DNA of 47,494 bases from Candidatus Desulfatibia sp. (GCF_036446775.1 NZ_JAZFTO010000315.1:1-47494); one strand, 5' to 3'; positions 9,017-27,130 are shown, counted from the stretch's first letter. A program made the numbers and translations. Notes: generated from the sequence alone by a model not told the origin.

Positions 9017-9253
9017 AATACTCTGATTGCGTTTATTTAAATAGCCGGTTAATAAACAAAAAAAGTGACCTGTTAACTTTTTGAAAATAAAAGTGATTGT
9101 CTGCGAAAATTATTCAATACATTAACTTACAATCTTTTGAAAGGAAATATTGCCCCAAGTACATCTTGACATTTTCCAATTAAATAGTTTTATACTTAAT
9201 ATTTTAATCGTATTCAAGCTGTTATTCGCTAAGTGGAACGGAAACTATATCAT

Positions 9254-11671
9254 ATGCCCTTTTGCTATTTTAGGCTCGGCCCCGGAACAAGTTCAGTTGA
9301 TTTACAGTTTGGTAATCTCCATAACACCGTTACACGATATTTTATTATTATTTTATTCCTTTTGGTTGTAATGCCCGGCTATGTCTTGTCAAATCCAGGT
9401 TTTCAATCGGTAAAAGATGACCCCAATCAACCGTGGCATATTAATGCCGACGAAATAAGCTACGATAAAAAATTGGATCAATATATTGCCAAAGGCAATG
9501 TAGCCATAACCAAAAATGGCAAAAGCCTTACGGCTGACTTTGTACGTTTCGATCAAAAAACCAGTAAGGTAGTGGCTGTCGGCCATGTGATTATGACCGT
9601 GGGCGACGATGTTTTAATCGGTAACAGAATGGAAATGGATCTTGAGACCGAGACCGGAACGGTTTATAATGGAACTATATTTCTTAAAGCCAACCATTAC
9701 TATATACGCGGCGACAAGATCCAAAAAACAGGACCGGATTCATATACCGCCGAGAAAGGTTGCTTGACAACATGTGACGGCGACCGGCCGGCCTGGAAGA
9801 TTACGGGAAAAAATGTTAAAGTCACCATAGAAGGATATGGTTATGCCACAAACGCAACGCTGTGGGCCCGGAATGTACCCGTGTTGTATTCGCCCTGGCT
9901 GATGTTCCCGGTCAAGCAAAAGCGCCAGACCGGTCTGCTGCCGCCCCAAATCGGATATTCAGATCGAAGATGGGAAGAATATAACCAACCTTTTTTCCTG
10001 GTCATAGACGACAGCAAAGATGCGACTTTCTATCTGCACCATATGGGTCGTCGCGGAGATAAAATCGGCCTGGAATACCGTTATATTCTGGACGAAAATT
10101 CAAAAGGAACCATCATGTACGATTATTTGAATGACCGCAAGGTCGATGGCGGCGACCCCATAGCGGATGCTGATTGGGGTTATTTCGGTGATAGTTCCCC
10201 GCGCCCCAATTCCGACCGTTACTGGTTCAGAATGAAGCATGATACGCTATTGCCCTTTGCATTCTCTGCCAAACTTGATATAGACTTTGTGAGCGATCAA
10301 GATTACCTTAAAGAATTTAAATACGGTTATACGGGGTTTGAAGAAACCAATGAATATTTTCTTAAAACCTTTGGCAGAGAACTTGATGCTTATAACGATG
10401 CCGTCAGGGCCAATAGGCTCAATTTGAATCGAAGCTGGTCTCAGTACAGCCTAAACGGTGGGCTGCACTGGTACGATAATGTCATCAACAGGCGCCAGAG
10501 GGATACGGACACAACCCAGCAGCAGCTGCCTTATGTCGGATTTAATGCATCCAAACAGCAGATCCTAACATCCTCTTTTTATTATGATCTTGCTTCTCAA
10601 TACAGATACTCATACAGTGAAGACGGCCAAAGAGACCACCGGGCGGAGGTCTATCCAAGATTCTATCTGCCATACAAGTTTAAAAACTATTTTAGCATCG
10701 AGCCCTCCTTGGGACTTAGGGAGACCATGTACCATTTTGATAAATACGAATACAGAGGCCCGACAAAAGAAGAAAACCTGTTCAGAGAAATGTATGATTT
10801 CAAGGTAGATCTATCTTCGGACATCTATAAAATATACAGCGGGATAGGAAAAAATATCGACAAAATCAAGCATGCGGTGAGGCCCCAGATCGTATATACT
10901 TATATACCTCATAAAGATCAGAGCGACTTTCCCAGTGGTGATCGTATTGGCAAACAGAGAGTGCTCTCGTATTCGCTTACAAACACGTTGACTTCAAAAT
11001 CTCTAATTCAAAAAAAAGAAGAAGGCATGCTTCCAGAAGCCGGCAATGGCCGGCAGCTTAATGAAGATGAAAATAGCCAGAAACTTCCTGAAGCCGGCAA
11101 TGATAGGCAGTTTCTTGAGATTGAAAATGACCGCCCGCCCGATTATTCTTATAATCAGTTCTTACGTTTCAGTCTTTCGCAAAGTTATGACATCAATGAA
11201 GCCAAAGAGGATAAGGATAAAAAACAGCCTTTTTCTGCAATATTCGGGGAAATCGATATTACCCCGGACAGTTATTATGCCATGCATGTCGATGCCACCC
11301 GGTCCCAGTACAACAGTTTCTGGGCAGCTTATAATGTTGCCGGGAATATATGGGATAAGCGCGGGGACAGTTTGTTTGTCGAACGCCGCTACAGACACAG
11401 CTCAAGCGATTCGATGTTTTATGATCTGAACGTGGTAATATCGGACAAACTCTCGGTATTCGCCGATTACGAACGTAATCGACATACTGCAAAGGATATT
11501 AGAAAGAATTTTGGGTTCCTGTACAAGCCACAGTGCTGGGCACTGGAAGCAAATTACACCCATGAGGGTAATGACCGCTCTTATATGTTTGTCATCAGCC
11601 TTTACGGGATTGGAGAATTTGCCCACAGTATAATGGGACGCAGACTTGAAAGCCCTTATTTATCAAAGTAA
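9254..11671 (+). CDS. lptD: LPS-assembly outer-membrane protein LptD (OstA family)
   Basis: About 805 aa. Hydrophobic signal segment (YFIIILFLLVVMPGYVLS), an OstA-like N-terminal domain (ADEISYDKKLDQYIAKGNVAITKNGKSLTADFVRFD) and a large beta-barrel rich in Y/F/W. The start was moved to the first ATG (9254); the ORF track begins at GTG 9233. The start is uncertain. Confidence 0.85.
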   Translation: MPFCYFRLGPGTSSVDLQFGNLHNTVTRYFIIILFLLVVMPGYVLSNPGFQSVKDDPNQPWHINADEISYDKKLDQYIAKGNVAITKNGKSLTADFVRFDQKTSKVVAVGHVIMTVGDDVLIGNRMEMDLETETGTVYNGTIFLKANHYYIRGDKIQKTGPDSYTAEKGCLTTCDGDRPAWKITGKNVKVTIEGYGYATNATLWARNVPVLYSPWLMFPVKQKRQTGLLPPQIGYSDRRWEEYNQPFFLVIDDSKDATFYLHHMGRRGDKIGLEYRYILDENSKGTIMYDYLNDRKVDGGDPIADADWGYFGDSSPRPNSDRYWFRMKHDTLLPFAFSAKLDIDFVSDQDYLKEFKYGYTGFEETNEYFLKTFGRELDAYNDAVRANRLNLNRSWSQYSLNGGLHWYDNVINRRQRDTDTTQQQLPYVGFNASKQQILTSSFYYDLASQYRYSYSEDGQRDHRAEVYPRFYLPYKFKNYFSIEPSLGLRETMYHFDKYEYRGPTKEENLFREMYDFKVDLSSDIYKIYSGIGKNIDKIKHAVRPQIVYTYIPHKDQSDFPSGDRIGKQRVLSYSLTNTLTSKSLIQKKEEGMLPEAGNGRQLNEDENSQKLPEAGNDRQFLEIENDRPPDYSYNQFLRFSLSQSYDINEAKEDKDKKQPFSAIFGEIDITPDSYYAMHVDATRSQYNSFWAAYNVAGNIWDKRGDSLFVERRYRHSSSDSMFYDLNVVISDKLSVFADYERNRHTAKDIRKNFGFLYKPQCWALEANYTHEGNDRSYMFVISLYGIGEFAHSIMGRRLESPYLSK

Positions 11672-11682
11672 ATCAAAATCAA

Positions 11683-12210
11683 ATGACAATAGAAAAACTA
11701 ACATATTTCTGGTATGTGCTGCACACCAAAAGCAGGTTCGAAAATGTAGTCCACGAAGGCCTCTTTAAAAAATCCATAGAGGTTTTTCTCCCGAAAATTA
11801 AGGTCCGAAGTAAACGCCGCGATCGTAAAGCTATGATCAGGGTGCCGCTTTTCCCCGGCTACCTGTTTGTGAAAACCGATCTTAGCCCCAATGAGCATAT
11901 TGAAATTGTGAAAACGGTCGGCGCCGTTCGTTTAATCGGCAACAAAGACGGCCCTATTTCAGTACCTCTGGACACGGTGGAATCTTTGCAGATTATGGTC
12001 CAGACGAATCATCCGGTCTCAACCGGAACCCGTTTTAGAAAAGGGAACATTGTGCTGGTGGTATCCGGCCCCTTTGCAGGCGTAACCGGAACTTTTGTTC
12101 GATACAAAGGCAAAGACCGAGTTGTGGTCATTATTGAAGCCCTCGGGCAATACGCCGGAGTGGAAGTGGATGAGGAAGATGTTGAAATACTACCAGAATT
12201 TTTGGTATAG
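11683..12210 (+). CDS. NusG-family transcription antitermination paralogue (RfaH/UpxY-like)
   Basis: 175 aa. NGN domain (WYVLHTKSRFENVV ... VPLFPGYLFVK). KOW motif (GNIVLVVSGPFAGVTGTFVRY). Confidence 0.8.
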   Translation: MTIEKLTYFWYVLHTKSRFENVVHEGLFKKSIEVFLPKIKVRSKRRDRKAMIRVPLFPGYLFVKTDLSPNEHIEIVKTVGAVRLIGNKDGPISVPLDTVESLQIMVQTNHPVSTGTRFRKGNIVLVVSGPFAGVTGTFVRYKGKDRVVVIIEALGQYAGVEVDEEDVEILPEFLV

Positions 12211-12391
12211 CCGGGGGCCAAATCGCCATCTTCAAAAGAGCTTGGTTTTTTAGTCTTGCAAGGCAGATCTATTTTTATGCGTATTTATCCCGAATTAAGC
12301 GGGGAAGTAGGCTAAAATTATGGAATTTTATCATTTAAATTATAATATCCGTTGACTTTATAAATTCAGTTAGTTACATACTATTTTGGTG

Positions 12392-12418
12392 TTGACTTAA
12401 TTTCAAGTCTTTTATAAT
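12392..12418 (+). promoter_or_regulatory. Putative sigma70-type promoter for the IHF gene
   Basis: TTGACT (12392-12397), 15-nt spacer, TATAAT (12413-12418). A related TTGACT...ttataaattcag copy lies 40 nt upstream. AAGGAGG RBS at 12436-12442. Pattern match only. Confidence 0.3.
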
Positions 12419-12446
12419 TCAGATGTTATTGTAAGAAGGAGGTTTT

Positions 12447-12722
12447 ATGAATAAGTTGGAGCTTATCTCCACCCTGAAAAACGAAGCGAACATCTCCAAA
12501 GCAGAAGCCGCTAAAGTGGTCCAGATCTTTTTCGATAACATGGCAGACGCCATGTCTCGGGGAGAGCGCGTTGAAATTCGCGGTCTTTGCAGCTTTTTCG
12601 TCAAAGATTATAAAAGCTATACAGGCAGAAATCCAAAGACCGGGGAGAAGGTTATCATCAAACCCAAGAAACTCCCTTTTTTCAAATCGGGGAAAGAACT
12701 GAAAAAACGCGTCGATAGTTAA
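12447..12722 (+). CDS. ihfB: Integration host factor beta-like subunit (HU/IHF family)
   Basis: 91 aa. ERVEIRGLCSFFVKDYKSYTGRNPKTGEKV...PFFKSGKELKKRV aligns with the IHF-beta arm and C-terminal pattern (GRNPKTG, F.KPGKEL). Confidence 0.8.
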   Translation: MNKLELISTLKNEANISKAEAAKVVQIFFDNMADAMSRGERVEIRGLCSFFVKDYKSYTGRNPKTGEKVIIKPKKLPFFKSGKELKKRVDS

Positions 12723-12726
12723 TTGA

Positions 12727-13791
12727 GTGCCTAGTTTTGAATCTATACCTCGATTTGAGTCGATCTTGGGCCAACAAAAGCCCATAAAGCTTTTAACTAC
12801 TCTTCTTCGACATGGGACCATACCCCACGCCCTTCTTTTTTCCGGGATAGATGGGATCGGCAAACAGTTGACGGCGATGGCTTTTGCCATGGCATGCAAC
12901 TGCCTGAACCCGGAGCCTGAACACCTTTGCGAAGGCGGGCATAGTTTCCATACGGCTCAGAATCGTCATGCTGAAACGAATCCCTGCGGCAACTGTAGAT
13001 CATGCCGGAAAATTCAATCCGGTAACCATCCGGATATCATTATCATTGAACCTTCCGGTCTTTTTATCAGGATTCGTCAGATTCGTGCTCTTTGCCGCAC
13101 GCTTGCCATGAAACCTTTAGAGGCCCGATTACGTGTGGTAATAATTTTAGATTCCCAGGCCATGAATCCTGCGGCAGGAAATGCCCTTCTCAAGGTACTG
13201 GAGGAACCTCCGGATCGAACAATTTTGATACTGACTGCCCGGCATCCATCTGATCTTTTCCCTACAATTGTATCACGCTGCCAGCATATCAGGTTCAACC
13301 CGATTACTCGAAAAAATATCATGACGATACTAATCGAAAAGGAGGGGGTACATCCCGACGACGCTGCAATTATAACGACCATGGCAAGCGGTAGTTTGTC
13401 CAAAGCGCTTTTTATGATCGGGTCCCAAAAGCGAACCAACTGGATACGTCAGAGGAAGTGGCTGATTGATGAAATCGATTCTTTAACTTCAAGACCAATC
13501 GGTTCATTGCTGGCATTTGCAGCCAGACTGTCAAAAAACAAGGAGATGCTGCCGGAATCCCTGGAGGTAATTACATCCTACTTCAGAGACCTGGTGGTCT
13601 GCAAATATTGCCCTGATAAAATAATCAACCGGGACTTGCAAAGCAAAATTCAGAAAGCATCACAAAAGATGACAACAGCCGCACTACTTTCAAAAATAAG
13701 CAGCATTCAGTCCGCACAGCGAGATATCCGGATAAACGCTAATCTAAGGCTGACGCTGGAAGTTCTCGTCATGCGGCTGGCAACCGTTTAA
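12727..13791 (+). CDS. holB: DNA polymerase III delta' subunit
   Basis: 354 aa with a GTG start. HALLFSGIDGIGK Walker-A-like motif, zinc module CGNCRSCRKIQSGNHPD, SRC motif (TIVSRCQHIRF). Confidence 0.85.
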   Translation: MPSFESIPRFESILGQQKPIKLLTTLLRHGTIPHALLFSGIDGIGKQLTAMAFAMACNCLNPEPEHLCEGGHSFHTAQNRHAETNPCGNCRSCRKIQSGNHPDIIIIEPSGLFIRIRQIRALCRTLAMKPLEARLRVVIILDSQAMNPAAGNALLKVLEEPPDRTILILTARHPSDLFPTIVSRCQHIRFNPITRKNIMTILIEKEGVHPDDAAIITTMASGSLSKALFMIGSQKRTNWIRQRKWLIDEIDSLTSRPIGSLLAFAARLSKNKEMLPESLEVITSYFRDLVVCKYCPDKIINRDLQSKIQKASQKMTTAALLSKISSIQSAQRDIRINANLRLTLEVLVMRLATV

Positions 13792-13803
13792 TCAGCTAAA
13801 CAT

Positions 13804-14604
13804 ATGAAAAAAGTAGTCGGAATAAAATTTAAGCCGGCCGGCAAAGTTTACGATTTTGACAGCGGTGCATTTGTACTGCATCGAGGTGACCATGTAATTG
13901 TGGAAACCGAACAGGGACTAGGTTTGGGAATTGTGGCAGCCCCCCCTGTGCCTGTTGATGAAAATCAGACTGGCAAACCGCTGAAACAGGTATTTCGTCT
14001 GGCAAGCCAAGCGGATTTTCGTCAAAGAGATAAAAATCTTGAGACCGAAAAACGGACCCATACTTACTGCCTGGAATGCATTAAAGAACTTGACCTTAAA
14101 ATGAACCTGTTTTCCGTCGAAAGCTCCTTTGATGCCGGCAAATTGACATTTTTTTTCACATCAGAGGGTCGTGTAGATTTCCGGCAGCTTGTTAAAATGT
14201 TGGTTAAAAAGCTGGGGGTCAGGATCGAGATGCGACAGGTGGGAATCCGCAACCAGGCCAAGATGTGCGGTGGTATCGGAAGATGCGGACGCGAAATTTG
14301 CTGCTCGGCATTCATGGAAAAATTCGGCCCGGTGTCCATTCGAATGGCAAAAGAGCAAGGGCTGTCATTAAACCCCACAAAAATCTCCGGACAGTGTGGT
14401 CGGCTGATGTGCTGCCTGACCTTTGAGTATGAAACCTACCAGACCCTCCGAACCCAATTACCCAAAATCGGTAAAACTATAACAACCAAAACCGGAAAAG
14501 GGAAAGTGATTCGCCACAATCCCATCTGCCATCGGATTGTCATCCGATTAGACGACGGTCAGGATGTTGAAATTGAATTAGATGAAATCGTAAAAGAAGA
14601 TTAG
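13804..14604 (+). CDS. PSP1 domain protein (YaaT/RicT-like)
   Basis: 266 aa. Cys-rich PSP1 C-terminal region (CGGIGRCGREICCSAF ... GQCGRLMCCLTFE). The classic holB-adjacent position fits. Confidence 0.85.
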   Translation: MKKVVGIKFKPAGKVYDFDSGAFVLHRGDHVIVETEQGLGLGIVAAPPVPVDENQTGKPLKQVFRLASQADFRQRDKNLETEKRTHTYCLECIKELDLKMNLFSVESSFDAGKLTFFFTSEGRVDFRQLVKMLVKKLGVRIEMRQVGIRNQAKMCGGIGRCGREICCSAFMEKFGPVSIRMAKEQGLSLNPTKISGQCGRLMCCLTFEYETYQTLRTQLPKIGKTITTKTGKGKVIRHNPICHRIVIRLDDGQDVEIELDEIVKED

Positions 14605-14615
14605 CAAGAGAAAAA

Positions 14616-16538
14616 ATGCCTAAGCCTTTTTATATAACAACACCGATCTACTATGTGAATGCAAGGCCCCATCTCGGGCATGCATTCACAACTATTGTGG
14701 CCGATGTTGCCTGCCGATTTCATTCCATGCACCGCAGAGAAACTTTTTTTCTAACCGGGACGGATGAACATGGAGACAAAGTCGTTCGTGCGGCCAAAAA
14801 AGAGAACCTTAGTCCCAGGATCTATGTCAACAAAATCAGCAAACTTTTTGAAGATCTCTGGCCCAATCTCAGCATTAAATACGACCATTTTATCCGCACC
14901 ACTGACAAATCGCATATTGCTGTTGTAGAACAGATACTGCAAAAAATCTATGATCAAGGCGACATTTATTTCAGCGAATATGAAGGACTTTACTGCTTTG
15001 GATGCGAGCGTTTCTACCTTGAGCGCGAGCTGGTCAACGCCGAGTGTCCTGACCATGAAACCATTCCTGAACTTATCAAAGAATCCAACTATTTCTTTAA
15101 AATGAGCCGCTATCAGGATTGGCTGATCGATTATATTAAAAATAATCCAGACTTTATACGTCCTGAACGTTATAAAAATGAAGTTCTGTCCTTTTTAAAG
15201 GAACCTCTGGAAGACCTCTGCATATCCAGGCCCAAAACTCGCCTCAAGTGGGGAATTACACTGCCTTTTGATAACAGTTACGTCACATACGTATGGTTCG
15301 ACGCCCTTTTAAATTACATTTCAGCCTTGGGATACCCTGACGGGGAACTATTTAAAAATTTCTGGTCCTCTGCCCAGCACCTTATCGCCAAAGACATCCT
15401 GAAACCCCATGGCATTTACTGGCCGATTATGCTCAAAGCCGCCGGCATTCCCGTATATAAACATTTGAATGTTCATGGATACTGGAATGTTGATCAAAGC
15501 AAGATGTCAAAAAGTATCGGGAATATTGTAGATCCCCTGCAGTTAACAAATATTTACGGCCTGGATGCCTTCAGGTTTTTTTTAATGCGCGAAATGGCTT
15601 TTGGGCTGGACTCCAATTTTTCCGAAGAAGCGCTGATACAACGCATTAATACGGACCTGGCCAATGATCTAGGCAATTTATTCAGTAGGGTTCTGGTAAT
15701 GGTTCATAAATACTTTTCCGGAGTAGTTCCCGAAATTGATGCCGTGGTTGAACAGGAGCTGCAGCCTGGTTTGGAACCGCATGCAATCCAGGCCATCGCC
15801 GACTTTGAAGAAGCCATGGAGTCGTTTGCCTTTCATCAAGCCCTGCGGGCCGTCTGGAAATTCATCAGCCGGATGAACAAATATATCGATGTCACCGCAC
15901 CTTGGGTGCTTGCAAAGAAAAAATCGAGCAGAAAACAGCTTGAGGTTGTTATCTATAATCTCTTAGAGGGCCTCAGGGTTATATCCGGCCTCATCTATCC
16001 TGTAATGCCGGATACGGCGGCAACCATGCAAAAGCATCTGGGCATGGACCCGCAAAAGCCGTTTTATTATCTTAATGACCTCAAATCCTGGAAAACCATA
16101 GCACCGGGCACAAACCTGCCGAAATCAATTACTCTTTTTCCAAGAATCGACCTCAAAAAAGAAAAACTTTCTTCAAAGGAGTTATCTGAATCAAGACCTG
16201 AAACACCTGCCATAAAGCCTGAGATTTCCATAGACACCTTCAACAAGATTGACCTTAGGGTAGCTACCGTAATTCAAGCTGAAGCGATCCCCCGGGCAAA
16301 AAAACTTCTCAAACTCGAAGTCGATCTTGGAGAAAAACGCATGATCGTGGCCGGCATTTCTGCCCACTACACGCCCGAAGAACTGGTGGGAAAACAGGTC
16401 ATCGTCGCTGCCAACTTAAAACCCGTCAAAATAATGGGCATCCTGTCCAACGGAATGCTGCTGGCGGCCGTAGATGATTTTAGCTGCACGGTTGCAACGA
16501 TGGACAAAAAAGTAAAACCGGGGACACAGCTAAGTTAG
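14616..16538 (+). CDS. metG: Methionine--tRNA ligase
   Basis: 640 aa. HLGH motif (PHLGHAFTT), KMSKS motif, C-terminal tRNA-binding (EMAP/Trbp111-like) domain (IDLRVATVIQAEAIP...KLLKLEVDLG). Confidence 0.95.
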   Translation: MPKPFYITTPIYYVNARPHLGHAFTTIVADVACRFHSMHRRETFFLTGTDEHGDKVVRAAKKENLSPRIYVNKISKLFEDLWPNLSIKYDHFIRTTDKSHIAVVEQILQKIYDQGDIYFSEYEGLYCFGCERFYLERELVNAECPDHETIPELIKESNYFFKMSRYQDWLIDYIKNNPDFIRPERYKNEVLSFLKEPLEDLCISRPKTRLKWGITLPFDNSYVTYVWFDALLNYISALGYPDGELFKNFWSSAQHLIAKDILKPHGIYWPIMLKAAGIPVYKHLNVHGYWNVDQSKMSKSIGNIVDPLQLTNIYGLDAFRFFLMREMAFGLDSNFSEEALIQRINTDLANDLGNLFSRVLVMVHKYFSGVVPEIDAVVEQELQPGLEPHAIQAIADFEEAMESFAFHQALRAVWKFISRMNKYIDVTAPWVLAKKKSSRKQLEVVIYNLLEGLRVISGLIYPVMPDTAATMQKHLGMDPQKPFYYLNDLKSWKTIAPGTNLPKSITLFPRIDLKKEKLSSKELSESRPETPAIKPEISIDTFNKIDLRVATVIQAEAIPRAKKLLKLEVDLGEKRMIVAGISAHYTPEELVGKQVIVAANLKPVKIMGILSNGMLLAAVDDFSCTVATMDKKVKPGTQLS

Positions 16539-16588
16539 GAAATTAGATTTTCGTTATTTATAAATTGAAAATAAAAAGGAGAATCATT

Positions 16589-17785
16589 ATGCCGGGTTTT
16601 GAAGTATTTGGTGACGAGGAGCGTAAAGAAGTCCGGGACGTTCTGGACTCCGGTGTCCTGTTCCGCTATGGTTTTGACCAGGCCCGTCAAGGTCACTGGA
16701 AGGCCAAAGCATTTGAACTCGAGCTGGCCAAACGTATCGGAGCCGAGCATTGCCACCTGTGTTCCAGCGGCACGGCAGCTCTCAGCATCGCGCTGGCGGC
16801 CTGCGGAGTTGGTGCCGGCGATGAAGTCATTGTGCCGCCCTTTACTTTTATAGCAACCATCGAAGCCGTCCTGAATGCCGGCGGGGTCCCTGTTTTTGCT
16901 GAAATAGACGAAACATTGTGCCTTGATCCTAAAAGCGTCAAAACCGTGATAACACCTCAGACTAAGGCCGTGATTCCCGTACATATGTGCGGGTCCATGG
17001 CACGGATCGATGAAATTAGTACTATTTGTAAGCAAAACGACCTTATTTTGATCGAGGATGCCTGCCAGTCGCTGGGCGCCACTTTTGAAGGCCGGGCGGC
17101 CGGTACGTTTGGTCATATGGGTTGTTTTTCATTTGACCCTGTTAAAACCATTACCTGTGGTGAAGGTGGCGCTGTTGTAACCAATGATAAAAAACTTTAT
17201 ATTGCTGCGGATGCTTACGCCGACCACGGCCATGACCATATCGGCAGCGACCGGGGCCTTGAGGGTCATCCTGTTTTGGGCGTAAACTTTCGTATCAGCG
17301 AACTGAATGCCGCCGTAGGAGTCGCTCAACTAAATAAACTCGATTTCATTTTAGATAAACAGCGCAAGCATAAGAAGATCATCAAGGATGCCCTGGCACA
17401 ATTTCCGAAGATTACTTTCAGAAAGATCCCGGATGAAAAAGGGGACTCGGCTACATTTCTTTCATTTTTTCTGCCGGACGAATCAATAACCCGGAAAGCA
17501 GCCGCTGCCTTTGGTCAGGCCGGTATAGATGCATGCTTCTACTGGTATGACAACAACTGGCATTATATCCGGCAGTGGGACCACTTTAAAAAGCTGAAGT
17601 CTCTGGCAAAGCTGCCGCTTAAACTGTTGGAGTCTTACCCGGACTATGAAGCGCTCAAACTTTCCCAGTCCGACGATATTATGCGCCGGACAATCTCCAT
17701 GCTGATTAAACTCTCCTGGACGGACGAAGAGCTGAGGCAGCGAACCGAAAAAATTGTTGCTGTCATAAAAAAATCAGGCCTATAA
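16589..17785 (+). CDS. DegT/DnrJ/EryC1/StrS-family PLP sugar aminotransferase (KdnA-like candidate)
   Basis: Start moved to ATG 16589, which follows an AAAGGAGA RBS. MPGFEVFGDEERKEV..., SSGTAALSIAL, VIVPPFTFIATIEAV, FSFDPVKTITCGEGGAV (catalytic Lys context). Confidence 0.85.
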   Translation: MPGFEVFGDEERKEVRDVLDSGVLFRYGFDQARQGHWKAKAFELELAKRIGAEHCHLCSSGTAALSIALAACGVGAGDEVIVPPFTFIATIEAVLNAGGVPVFAEIDETLCLDPKSVKTVITPQTKAVIPVHMCGSMARIDEISTICKQNDLILIEDACQSLGATFEGRAAGTFGHMGCFSFDPVKTITCGEGGAVVTNDKKLYIAADAYADHGHDHIGSDRGLEGHPVLGVNFRISELNAAVGVAQLNKLDFILDKQRKHKKIIKDALAQFPKITFRKIPDEKGDSATFLSFFLPDESITRKAAAAFGQAGIDACFYWYDNNWHYIRQWDHFKKLKSLAKLPLKLLESYPDYEALKLSQSDDIMRRTISMLIKLSWTDEELRQRTEKIVAVIKKSGL

Positions 17786-18018
17786 TTAAATGAGGAGTCG
17801 GTAAGTTTTTATTAAGTATTATCTGTCAGCGGAATGGATGATCTTTTTTTAAAGCGTGTGCTGTTTGAGTGTATTAGGGATCCGTTAGAAAGAACAGACG
17901 GATCTCGCAATTGTTTCATAGCAAATGATTGACCATCGTAAAGCAAACCTGTTGTTTTTTGTGATAAAAGCCTCTGTTCTTTTTTACGAGCCCTTATACA
18001 CGAGTTCACACGGTTTAA

Positions 18019-19172
<1,154 letters not shown>

Positions 19173-19173
<1 letters not shown>

Positions 19174-19288
19174 ATGAATTCGCAAAAAGTCGAATTCAAC
19201 TATAGATGGCTAAGTAAAAAGGTTCATATACCCCCGCCAAACCTCGGCGGGATAAAAAGGCGTAGTAGATGGGACTTTTTACGACGCC
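19173..19288. mobile_element. Small non-coding repeat element (copy 2, no nested insertion) with inverted termini
   Basis: Begins with hairpin gatgaattcg-caaaaagt-cgaattcaac. 19213-19288 matches 6300-6354 plus 6439-6459. The termini tcgcaaaaagtcg (19180-19192) and gactttttacga (19273-19284) are inverted copies of one motif. Confidence 0.6.
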
Positions 19289-19324
19289 ATCAATATTATT
19301 TTTCGTACGAAGGAACATGCCAGA

Positions 19325-24774
<5,450 letters not shown>

Positions 24775-24829
24775 TCATTTTTAATAGCCCCGCTTTAAGC
24801 GGGACGTCATATAAAATCGCGAAGCGATT

Positions 24830-25681
24830 CTATTCGTATATTTTCTTAAATTCTTCAATCGTCTTTTGAACCTCATTCAGATCCTTTTCAGCGTCCTGCT
24901 CCGATCTTTGAGAAGCATCCGGCAAATAGATCGATTTAAGATGATCAATGTCAAAAAGATCCTCAGAAAAAGCTGGTTTCGTTTCGATGTTTTGGACCCT
25001 AATTTCGCGCACCAAAATGTCATCGCGGTAAAATTCAACCCGCATCGGATACCACATTTTATTCAATAGCTGCCAATCAAGGTAGCGAACTTCCAGGGCG
25101 TCTTCACGGTTTGCGGCAGTTTTGCCGGTTAATATCCAGCGTAAGGGCCTGAATGTATCTTTAGTCAGCCATATCTGAGGAACCGTTTCATCCGGATATT
25201 GGGCCCCCAGCACATAGACGGGTCGTCCTTGAAAACGTCCCAGGCTTGAAACATCTACATCCACTCCATGGAGGTACAATTTGTCTTCAAGCAGTATCCT
25301 GGAGTTGTAAAGAAAAATATCCTTATACCGGTCATAGAGGGCTTCAGATGCAGCGACAGCCTTACCGTCAATAACCGTTAAGGCCTCACCCTTTGACAAC
25401 ACATGAATCCTTTGAACGCTTTCAGAAATAATATCCGAGCGGAAAGTTTCCGGAAAGATATACTTTAAGGTTTCATTAAACTCCAGGCCGCCTTGACGGC
25501 TATTATCATAAAGGATAAGCTTTTGAGAAATCAAAAGTCTTTTTGATTTACCTAAATTTTGGAACATTAACTCCAGTAGGTGGGAGCCCTGGAGTACATA
25601 GGCCTCAGCCTGCGGATAAACATAGGTAAAGATTACAATGACTACAAAAAATAAAGGGATTTTTTTAAAGTGTTTTTGCAT
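24830..25681 (-). CDS. Secreted hypothetical protein (LolA/RseB-like fold suspected)
   Basis: 283 aa. Clear signal peptide (KKIPLFFVVIVIFTYVYPQAEA) and a beta-rich body. The function assignment is weak. Confidence 0.5.
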   Translation of the reverse strand: MQKHFKKIPLFFVVIVIFTYVYPQAEAYVLQGSHLLELMFQNLGKSKRLLISQKLILYDNSRQGGLEFNETLKYIFPETFRSDIISESVQRIHVLSKGEALTVIDGKAVAASEALYDRYKDIFLYNSRILLEDKLYLHGVDVDVSSLGRFQGRPVYVLGAQYPDETVPQIWLTKDTFRPLRWILTGKTAANREDALEVRYLDWQLLNKMWYPMRVEFYRDDILVREIRVQNIETKPAFSEDLFDIDHLKSIYLPDASQRSEQDAEKDLNEVQKTIEEFKKIYE

Positions 25682-25754
25682 ATGGTAGCTGTTGGATTCA
25701 GGATATACAGCTCCTGCATCATGGATCTTTTATCAGAATCATTCCAATTTTAGG

Positions 25755-27083
<1,329 letters not shown>

Positions 27084-27130
27084 CTATCCAATTTTCTCGT
27101 GACAAATTTGTCCGGGTGGCAAATCACTAG

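Noticed and set aside
12426-12899. 157-aa minus-strand ORF spanning the IHF and holB genes
   Set aside because: It is antisense to two well-supported plus-strand genes and crosses their intergenic gap. No motif was found.
24781-24829. Intrinsic terminator after the 24830 gene (aatcgc-ttc-gcgatt and cccgc-ttaaa-gcggg hairpins on the minus strand)
   Set aside because: The stems are only 5-6 bp, and the T-tract is either short (TTTTA) or about 15 nt away. The same aatcgcttcgcg word also occurs at 661-675 inside a repeat element, so it is more likely repeat-derived. I did not list it as a feature.
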